DNA of 64,000 nucleotides. It comes from Leucoraja ocellata (lineage: Eukaryota). The stretch spans positions 310,001-374,000 of the forward strand of contig JAWMAR010000136.1 in the NCBI GenBank assembly GCA_036785375.1, given 5' to 3'. The notes beneath the pieces were generated by a model. That model did not search any database. It was not told the DNA's origin and saw only the letters and a list, made by a program, of their open reading frames with translations. This document shows positions 47,601 through 58,700 of this stretch, piece after piece. Numbering within the stretch: the first letter of the stretch is position 1; each line of letters opens with the position of its first letter. The position numbers and the translations under genes were made by a program.

Positions 47601-50166
47601 TTCTGTTTGATGTAGTCCAATAAAATTTGGGTCTTGCAGTATGGATTGAAGAGAGCATGTTCATTATCTGCAGTGTACATAAACAAGATCACAAAGTTAA
47701 CATCACAAACATTCTGAACGTTCCTACCTCCCACCAAAAGAGTATTGTGACTTTGAACTAAAGAATACAATGATCCAAAGTGTCCTGGACCTAACCTACC
47801 ATTTGGTAACACTGCCTATGGTCCCCACCTACACATTTTCTCAAGGCAAAGACCTACCTAAACAAGTTGACACTGACAAGTACCTTGCGAACAGGCTCTA
47901 AGAAGGCTTTGTGTGTCATAACCGCACCCCCCAGAAAGCCCCTGACAGATCACTGGTCATCAAAACTGGTTTAACAAAGATATTTATAAAACCTATTCAA
48001 ACTTGAATAAGTGAGAAAATAAAGTTAATGAGTACAAATTATTAGGATAGGTCAAATACAAACAAAAAAGGTGAATTCAATAAACGAAAGCACATAAATC
48101 ATCTACTTCCATCCACAGCATTGTGAGCTTAGTCAAATGAATGAGGTCTCTGTTCATGATCGTTGTTATGTGGCTGTGGACTGGATGTAAAGTGCATCTG
48201 GTTCCATTTGTCAGCAAGTCACTGCTCCACTGCTGGGAATGGTGCAATTCATCAGGAAACGTGTTGGATTGTGAATGTCCAAGATGTGGTGAGCCATGAA
48301 TAGCTGCTATCCAGCAACCCCTTTTTGAATGCTATAATCAAGCCTGGTTCAGTCCATTTTCTAAAGTGGAACTTTATCTGATTATTACAAAGATGCATTA
48401 CATTTTCTTCGTTCTCCTTTACATTTTGGAGCTACACAAAAAAAAACATTTATGAGATGTGGCTATAATGAGTAAAACCTGCATTTCATAGAATCATGGA
48501 AACAGAAACAGGCCCCTTCTTGTCCATACAAATATGACAACAATCGATGTTGATCCCATTTGCCTGCATTTTGGCTTTTCTATCCAAGTACTGGCTTAAA
48601 TGCCAGTTATTTACTTCCTCTGCTAGCTTGCGCTGCATATTCAGCCTCTATGAAAAACCCTTTCCCTCCGATCTCATTTATTACCCATCTTTGTGTCACA
48701 CTAGTTTATAGTTCTTCAAGGGCGTTGCTTAACAGATAATCACAAGTTCCATGCCTGGGCAAGATATTTGATCAATGCTTTCTGTTCAGCTGCTGTAAGT
48801 CCTGACATCCACCTGAGCATGGAATTCAAAGATTAGCATTCTGCACTGGAAATGCTCTCACTATAAGTGAGAAAGTAGCCATTTATGAATGACCTAGCCC
48901 TTATACTGACGATAATTCAGCACAAGATCTAGGTATTGCATCAACGAAGGAAGGCTAACAAAGGAAATGGAAAAGGCTATTCTGTTATTTGAGCCTAATC
49001 TTGATGTGTACTCATTTACCTGCCTTGATTCCATATCCTTTTATATAATTACCTAAACAGAGTCAATCACTGTAGTTTAGAACATACAATTGTCCCACTT
49101 TCACACGGCTTGAACCATTTTTGAGGAGCCAGTTCTACGATCCCAGTGTAATTTGCCTCTGGACATTATCCTTCAGCCCCACAATCTTCACACTGCCCAT
49201 CCATAACTTCTTCATCCACCATGCTTCACCCACCTCAGCTCCTAACTGAGACACACACTCTTACTACTGGCTATCTCCCCTCTGCCCTGATGCAGGGGCT
49301 AGACGGCATACGACCATTCATTTCCATCCACAGAGCTGCTGAGATCCTCCAGCAGATTGTTGGTTGCTCCAGATTCAAGCATCTGCGGTTTCTGGTATCT
49401 CCATCGAGCCACGCACCCTGTTCCTTCCCAGGGTCGTACTCAGCCAGTCCACTTGCCTCAGTTTTCCAAGCGTGCCAGAAAAACGTCAGCAGAGTCTGGA
49501 TCATTGCCAACAAAGTCCAGGTTTCTCCATCAAAGGCAAATCACCTTCTGACCTGTAAAGGCGCAGTTTAAAAAATAAATGGCCCAACATATCCAAAGGG
49601 AAATGCAGGTGAGTGGAACATTTCCTGTTCCTTTTCAATCCTTTTGTATTAATACAGAAATGTTGCACCTTCCCCATGGTGTCCTGGGGCATCATGTGCA
49701 CTAAATTGAAACTTTAAAGTTAGCAGTTGCAATTAGTTGTGTCGTTATCTGAAGAGAAAAGGTGCCCCAATATTACTTTCAATTGATAACATTGGGACCA
49801 AGAAATCACATTTGTAAAAATTAATAAAGCACAATATATGGCAGAAAAACATAAACCAAACAATGATGTAGACTGACAATATTATGTTTCTTTTACTGAT
49901 ATGAATGAATATGCCAACAATTGTTTTAACCATGTTGTTGGAGACTTTCCTTCCCTGCTCCTTCCTCAACCTACATTGCAGAATACAGTCAGAAATAATT
50001 TGAAGAGACATTTAAATCTACTTTATTGATCTATTAGTTAACTGTTACCATATGCAGCTAGAGTATTATATGTTTAATGCTAAAGATATTGTCACAAAAT
50101 GAGGCAATTATTTTGACTGTTATAAAAGTTCTTACACTTACCTCCATATAACACTGTAATAAACAT
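44642..50166 (-). CDS. CXorf65/C22orf15-family uncharacterized protein; 6 exons (50166-50142, 47667-47581, 46521-46405, 45930-45856, 45432-45325, 44724-44642), 164 aa
   Basis: Spliced product MFITVLYGDNEHALFNPYCKTQILLDYIKQNCHYETEAEIDLADENGEVKNLLLNQHSYSSDILTGREVYVLLGVNRPVSPSKPTYTPLL... resembles the recalled CXorf65/C22orf15 pattern MFI..G.N....N..C....LL.YI, IDL.D..G, YV, Y.PLL. All donors gtaag, phases consistent, 495 nt. The last exon is less certain; read-through to a stop at 45215 is an alternative. Confidence 0.8.
47043..47260. mobile_element. Penelope inverted pLTR remnant
   Basis: acaaaatgctggagta...tactccagcattttgt inverted arms with degenerate hammerhead motifs between them. Confidence 0.65.
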
Positions 50167-52791
50167 GGTACTTTGGTATCACTGCGGAAACATTGTAACA
50201 AGATTTTGAAACTTTGCAAGTTGATTCACCTGATGATGAATGTGGTGTTTGTGCAGCTCCAAACAGCAGTGCAAGACTGGGCATGTTGCAGTGTGCTCCT
50301 AACATACACCAATTAAATGAATAATTCAGCAGATGCAAAACATACTCAATGAGCAAGTCAGATTAAATATGGTATTCTATTACCTATTACCAAGCAATGG
50401 TTCTAATATTTACTGTAAGCTTTTTGAAATTAATGTGGAATGCAAAACATCATTGTTGAGTAGCATTAGTGTGTCAACATAATCTTCAGTGCTTTTGTTG
50501 TGTTTTATTGTGTTGAAAGCCTTTTAACTAGAATGAAATGAAGGAACATTCTGTTCCGTTCCTTGGATCAGACAGAACTTGAATTTATTTCACATACAGA
50601 ATAAAAGTGATTTAATACCCACTTTTCCTTGTATTTTCTTGACATACCTGACTTAGTTCTGAGTTACTACCACTATTCCAGCAGATCATGTCTTCAAATC
50701 ACAGTCCAGGACATGAGCTGACCTTTTGGTGAAGTACTAAGGGAGTGCTGTGTTGCTGGATCTGTTAAACTTGACATATTTTGTGATAAGGGTATAATGG
50801 AAACTACGTAGCTCTTGTGTCAACAACTGAAGGAACACAAGCACATATTTTCAGAAGACTAAAGCAAAAAAGATTAACATCCTTTTCTTAATAAATTATT
50901 AGAAAATTGATGACTTGCATCTGGAATATATGATATATAACCCCAAGTAGATGTACCTGAAAGAGGCAACCAGTCCAAAACTGTCTCTCTTTATTGTCAA
51001 ACTATCAACAGTCTATGCTGCAACAGGAAATCAATCAAATCTTACAAGAGAAGCAACCTTTCCAAATTATTATAGTAAGCTTTGACAAATCTTCAAATTG
51101 ATACTATTCACATAGAATGCACAGAATATCGCATAGTTGAAATGTATTACATATCAAATAAATTTAGATTACTTAGACTGATATTGTAGCTGCTGAGATA
51201 TTTTAATGCACAAGCACATTTACCAGGATTTATTTCAGTGAGCTTTACTACATTTTGTCAGGGATATGGCTCCCCACATTAAAATCCAACAGACCAATAA
51301 GTATGGAAAAGATTTCAAGCAGAATACACACTCTTCACAAAGATCATGTTGGTATGCAATGCTTCCGTCTACACACAGCAATTGGACAGACAAAACTGAT
51401 TTGCAATGCAACAGCAGAATCCAAACCATTTATTTTTGCAAGTCATGGTTCAATCCACTCACCACATGTTGTCGGAGACCTTCTGAAGTATCTGTCCCAT
51501 GTGTAGCAGGACAGCATAAGCCAATGGCAATAATCTAAAAAGGACATGGTTAGAAGAGAAAACTGAAAGTGTGCTTGAAATTTGGAAGTGGGTGATTTGG
51601 GGGTAGAACTCATTAGTGTAAAGTTTTGATGGCGGAACAAACAATGTTGCCAATGGTGGGACTATTGCAAGGTGCACACTCTATAAAGGGTAGCAAATGG
51701 AAACAGGGACACTGCAGAACAAGGAGAATAATACTGTGGGGAAGATTGTGAAAGATGGTGGGTGTTTGGTCTTGGTTCACTGCTGTGGCAATTCCAAATT
51801 GAGCTTTGATATCCAAGAGAAAGAAATATGATACCATTCTACATACCATTCTTGCACCATGTAAGTTGGCGTTTATGTGATTCAGCCAAAGAAACATGGT
51901 TTGTTTACATGGCTGTGGTAGCTGGACAATTGTTTTAAGGGAATAAAACATGCAAATAAAAGGTAACATTAATCCTGAAATAAATTATCAACAAATAAAA
52001 AGGGAAATACACCACATTGGAATTAAACTTCAAATTACATTGAAATCTGAATCTCAGAGGCCAGTGAAAGAGTTAAAAAACACAGCAAAAACAGAATCTT
52101 TATAATCACATAATATTGGGGATGCAAATTAAACACAAGTTACTCAGTTTTTTTCTGACAAAAAACTAAGATGTAAATACCACATGATGACTGAATGGAT
52201 TAGTTACTCTGGTCTTTGAATAGATGTAACTTTACATCTATGAATTAAAGTGACTTAGATAGTAATTATAAAGCCTCTGCTTCTTGGCCTTTAATTTATC
52301 AATGCTAAATTTATTAAGGGGTTAAACATTTTCATTCTTGCACTCCCAAAGAAATAGGCTGCCTCTCTAATTAACATACTTTGACTTACTAATTTAATGT
52401 TGAACTTAAGTTCATATTATCACTCTTCCTTTAACAAGAGCATGTGCCCATAGACTTTTTCTCTCAATTTGGGGGCACATATAACAATGAGAAATATGGA
52501 AAATTGATGGATCCTATTAAAAGTGCAAATAACATTGTGCACTCTGAATTGCATTCAGCTTGCAAAATTAATAAAAGACTTAAACACTCCTGTTCTCTAA
52601 TTTCTGGCATCACTAATTAGCAGGGGCAGGTTGTCACCAGGTTGATAATTTAGTTTGGAGAGATGAAGGGTCAAGAGGTTTCCTGGCCATAAATTGAGGG
52701 ATTGAGCACTTTTTGTCTTTCTAAGCTTTATATTACATGGTTTACACATCAACCTCCATTGACTGTTCATGTCCTGACCATTGATTGGGTC

Positions 52792-55700
52792 TCATTGCCG
52801 AGTTGGTTCCAGTGTCGTGTACAGATCTGCCAATTCAGGCTCCACTTCTGATAGCCTGTTCATTACACAACGCCTTTGCAGCTGTAGGACTGACACTTTA
52901 TATCGGGCTTCTGAGAGATTTCCCAGCCACTTGTGGAATTCTTCTGGTGGTTTCTCGGAACCAATAACGTGCTCCTGAAACATGAAGAGCACAGTTTCAT
53001 TGTACAGTTTCTGTAAATAATATGTACATTGTATGTATTCTGTAATTCTGTAAATAATTGTACATTGTACAGTTTCTGTAAATAATACCACTAATATTCT
53101 TGTACAATATATGTTGATCGTGACTATTTCACAAATAATCATGATCAACATATATTGTACAAGAATATTAGTGGTATTATTTACAGAAACTGTACAATCC
53201 ATGTCAGAAGCCAATAACATTTCTAGACTGGACAGGAAATCTTTCAAGCTGGCCAATGCTTATCAGGCAGGGCAATGAGTATGTAAGGTGATGGTAAATA
53301 AATCCCAGAACAGACTTCTAATTTCCACCTTGGGGGGCTCTCTACCCAATAATTGGATGCATGACCTTTAGTGTGGCAGGGCCCCATAGTTTGTCATTCA
53401 CACTGAGTCCATCTCCAGTGACTGCCTCATCCACAACCATCCCCTTAAATCGTGCTGTTTTGGGTCACCTACACCACCACCTCCTTTTGCTTGATGTCTT
53501 TTTTTTCTTTTAATAATGTATTCATTAAAGCATCTAGAATATGACTAACTACTACGAAGGAGCTGCTCCTAATAATTACAATGACTTCTATTACAATTAT
53601 TTTGTTGTTTCGAGTTTCATTGTAACTCATTAAAAGAGATGAGATTTCTATTTTAAATGGACACTAGCATTGTACAAAGAATAACTAATATAAAGCATGA
53701 GCAGGATGTTTTGTAAAATCATTAATTTCTTGCATGTATTTGATAACTTAGTTGGACACTAGTGTCAGCGAATAGACATCATTAAATGAAACTACACATA
53801 AGTAATTAAAGATGTTTTACTCAGTTTTCAGCTTCCTAGTCTATTGTGGATCCTGGGTCACTTTTAACGTACATAAGAGCTCCATGAAGAGTGCATAAAA
53901 TTAAAGTGGTATTTCTCATAGAACCAAGCACAAGCAAATAAGTGTGTGCGTCTGTCTGTGTCATTACCTTTATAAAGTTGTCCTGAATCCTTAGTTCTTG
54001 TTCTAAACATTCAATCTGTTGGTTGTACTCTGCAATCTTTGTTGTGCATAGAGAATATTCTTCATTCATTTTATCCACTTCATTCTCCAATTTCAGAATT
54101 CTGATCTGCAATAAATACGTGGGTGTCTAAGTCATTAAATTGACTCATTACTCAATATGCCACAACTTGCTGTTTGAGACTGGATTCTCTTCAGTGCCTT
54201 GCACTGCAAAGTACAAAGCAAATAGACGTTCATCCCACTGCTTGTAAAGTTAGAGTTTTACAATGATGCATTATTCCTAACCGGGCATGACTCATTTATA
54301 GTTTTCTGATTTCCACCTTCCATTGAATATATTGGAAATTCTGTTTCATGGGGAAGTTGGATTTTCTGTCTTGTGGCTCAGTACAATTGGGTAATGATTT
54401 TGCCCGACTGTGATTTAAAAGAATAATTTCCACATGTTGCAAGGATGGTGAATCATGCTGATAAACACTCCAACGGTGCCAACAGCTGTCTGACACATTG
54501 CCAAAGTGGCAGCTATCCGAGCAAGCTCATTTAGTTCGCTGTCCTTTAGGCAAGATGCCAGCAGTAAACTGCAATCCCGCTGGAGAACCCAATACTCTTC
54601 TGCAGTCATCTTACAACTGAATCAAATATTTATGTGAAAGGAGTGAGTTAATCAGTAGAATTCTCTGCCTTTGCAATTTGTGATCCTGATTTTATAAAAA
54701 CAAGACAATGCATCTCTAAATTGCAACGTGTATCTGTGTGAAACAAAGTGAGTGGAGAGATTCTGACTACAAATGAGAGACCGGGGACAGGAGAAGAAAG
54801 ACACTATTTATTTTTATATTGTCATCATTGCTTTGAGCTTGGTAGTACAGGTGCACAACCTTTTATCCGGAGTTCCAGAAACCGAAAAGCTCCGAAAACC
54901 GGCCATTTTTTCCAGATGTCGTCTGCGCACCAAAGCTCGCGTTTGGCGCCAAACTTGACCCAAAACGAACCACGGTCAACCCAGGTCTGTACTACTGTAG
55001 CGGCTGCCTCCTCCCTGGAGACCGGGAGACGCTTAAACATCTGTAAATCATTGCTTAAATGTTAGTCAGTTAGTTTGGAGGGCTTTTATGTGAAGGGGTA
55101 AACTTTAATTCTTAGTCCCCTACCTGGTCGGAGAGGCGGGGAGCGGTCAATGCCTTACCGGGTCGCCGTGCAGTAAGCTCCGCAGCGCTGTGGCCGGTGG
55201 GGCTGCGGGCAGCGCCGGTTGTAGCTCCGACCCCGGCAACTCTACCCCTGGCTGCGAGCCACTCCAAATCCAGCGCGGCCCGCGGCCGGACGCCCCAGCT
55301 CCGCGAATGTCGGGAGTCGGCGGCGTCGCAGCGCTGGGATACCAGCGGGGAGCGGGCAATGCCTTACCGGGTCGCCGTGCGGCAAGCTCCGGAGCACTGT
55401 GGCCGCCGACACACAACATCGCGGAGCGTCGCTGGATTTGGAGCCGCGCAGCCAGGGGTAGAGTTGCCGGGGTCGGAGCTCCAACCGGCGCCGCCCGCGG
55501 CCGGACGGAGCCCCCAGCTCCGCGGCTCCAAATCCAGCGACGCTCCGCGAATGTTGGGAGTCGGCGGCCACAGCGCTCCGGAGCTTGCCGCACGGCGACC
55601 CGGTAAGGCATTGCCCGCTCCCCGCTGGTATCCCAGCGCTGTGACGCCGCCGACTCCCGACATTCCCGGAGCTGGGACGTCCGGCCGCGGGCGGCGCTGG

Positions 55701-58700
55701 ATTTGGTGCGCCTCGCAGCCAGCGGTAGAGTTGCCGGGGTCGGAGCTACAACCGGCGCCGCCCGCGGCCGGACGGAGCCCCCAGCTCCGCGAGGTTGGGA
55801 GTCGCCGACCAGGTAGGGGACTAAGAATTAAAGTTTCCCCCTTCACCCCTACTCCACCACCACCACATAAAATCCCTCCAAACTAACTGACTAACATTTA
55901 TGCAATGATTCTCCCTGTCTCCGGGGAGGAGGCAGCTGCTCCAGACTTTTCAAGCCGCCCGCGCTACCTACCTAATCTACGCTAAAAATCTTCCATTCTG
56001 AAATCCGAAAATGTCCGAAATCCGACAAGTGTCTGGTCCCAAGGCTTTCGGATAAAAGGTTGTGCACCTGTAGTATCAATTTAAAATGAATAGATTTTCA
56101 ACATTTGGGAATATTTAGTATATATGCACATCAATGTGATGGCAGTTATGTAACCTTTCCAGAATACTTCAAAATGACTACTAATATAATAGAGTTAATT
56201 ATTTCAGCATAAACTGACACATTTGAAGAAATGTTCATGTAGACTATCAAAACAATGCCCTGCTGTTAAACAATCTCCATTGTTAGTTGATCTCCTTAAA
56301 CCAAGCAGAAACCCTCTTTTGTCAATTGTTTACAATCTCCTTCTGTGTACAGAGTACCTGTGTGTTGGATTCCAGAGAATCTTTATCTTCCTCGGGAGAT
56401 TCCACTGAAAGAAAATCAAATGTTTGAGATTAATGATAGGTGTTAGCATTTTACTTCAAATTGCATCGGCAAATTCTCTCAGCAGAGCACCACCAATTAA
56501 AATATATGTGGCACATGAATATTTCTTTGTTTAGATTAGAGATACAGTGCAGAAACAGGCCCTTCACCAGACCCAATCAACGCTGACCAGCGATCCCTGT
56601 ACACTAACACTATCCTATGCCCCCTGGGGACAATTAACCATTTTACCAAAACCAATTAACCCTACAAACCTACAATCTTCGCAGGAAGAATAAAGAACTT
56701 GATTAGTACGGATGACAGGGGTTATGGGGAGAAGGCAGGAGAATTTGGTTAGGAGGGCGAGATAGATCAGCCATGATTGAATGGCAATGTAGACTTGATG
56801 GGCCAAATGGCCAAATTCTGCTCCTATCACTTATGAAGTTAAGACATACAAACTCCGTACAGACAGCACCTGTAGTCAGGATTGAACCAGGGTCTCTTGC
56901 ACTGTAAGGCAGTAACTCTACCGCTGCACCACCCTGTTGGTTGGTATTTTAAGAATTGACTATATGACCTCTAGCTCTCTTCTTTATGTATTGCAACAGT
57001 AATTTGGATTGAACATTTTGAAGGTTATCTACTTCAGGGGGGAAGTTGCAGCCTGTGTGATAGTAAGCACATGGTAGAGAAACCCCAGATTAATTGGGTT
57101 ATACAGCAATGGAACAGACACTTTGTCCCACGAGTCTAAGTGAATTAGGATGTCTATCTAAATTAGTCCCATTTGTCTGGTTTGGCCCATATCCCTCTAA
57201 GGCTTTCTTATCCATGTAGCTGTTGATATTCTTTCAAACAAATTGTAATTTACCTGCCTCTATCATTCTTCTCTGGCAGCCCATTCAAGAGACCCACCAC
57301 TCTCTCTGAAAATCATGTCCATCACATCCCCTTTAAATCTTTCCCTTCTCGCCTTAAGCATATGCCCTCTATTTTAGGCCTTTCTACCAGGTAAAAAGAC
57401 GGGAATATCTATTCTATGTATGTTTTATACAATTATAATTATGTAAGCCTCAATACAATCACTCCTCGGCTGTCTTTTTGTTGGCCACGTCGAAAAATTG
57501 TTCCAAAGTACCCTGCCACCATTCCTCAACTCTTTCTTTGCTACATCAATAGCTACATGGATAGGAAAGCCTTAGAGGTGATATGGGCCAAACCAGACAA
57601 ACGGGATTCATTTAAATAGACATCCGAAAAGGTTGGGGCTACCTCCTGCATCTGGGCAGAGTTAGTTAGTTAGTTGTCATGTGTACAGAGGTACAGTGAA
57701 AAGCTTTTGTTATGTGCTAACCAGTCAGCAGAACGACAATAGATGATTACAATTGAGCCATTTGCAGTGTACAGATACATGATAAAGGGAATAATGTTTA
57801 GCGCAAGATAAAGCCAGTAAAGTCCGATCAAAGGTAGTCCGAAGGTCTCCAATGAAATAGATAGTAGTTCAGGACTGCTCTCTAGTTGTGGTGGGATGGT
57901 TAATTTGCCTGAACGTGTGGAATTCACCAGCTTCACCTCCTGCCCTCAAATTCACGTCTCTCCCTTTTCTTGGTCTCTCAATCTCCAGAATCACCTTTTA
58001 CAAACCCACTGAGTCCCACAGCTGCCTTAACTACACCCGCTCTCACCATCTCTTGCAAGGATGCCATCTCTTTCTCAGTTTCTGTCTCTGCTGTAACGGC
58101 ACTCAAGATGAGGTTTTCCACCCCAGGACATTGGAGAGCGGAGATGCCCTCTTTCTTCAAGATACGTGATCTTCCCCAACCCCTCTGTAGTAGTGAACGA
58201 AGCTCACAGTTCTGCTCTTGCCATATCTCCCGCGAGACAGAGCAGAGACGGACTTCTCCTGGTCCTTACATTTCACCCCACCAACCTCTGCATCCAATAT
58301 ATTCTCTGACATTTGCAACAGCATCAATCTAACCCAACAAAACGTTACATCTTCCTGCCCTTACCCCATTCTGTTTTCTGCAGAGAACACTCTGAAGACC
58401 TGGTTCATCATCCCTCCCAGCCCACTACTACCCCCCCCCCCCCCCCCTCCCCACATTACAGGAAGTGCAACATTTGTCCCTACATTTCTTCCCTCACCTC
58501 CACTCAGACTCCCTCAGCCTTTCCAGGAGATATAGAGGTTTACATGTACCTCCTCCAATCTCATCAATTACATTCAGTGCTCTCAGTGTGACCTCCTCCA
58601 TATCAGTTTGGGGAGCTTACAACCCGACAAGCTGAACATTAATTCCCCAAATTCAGGTAACTACCACGCACCCAATCTCCTGCTCGTTTACTCAGCTTCT

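Noticed and set aside
54415-54616. ORF MTAEEYWVLQRD... as an exon of the coiled-coil gene
   Set aside because: The acceptor phase is incompatible with the phase-0 upstream exon (gives TTG TAA); the flanking exons join cleanly without it
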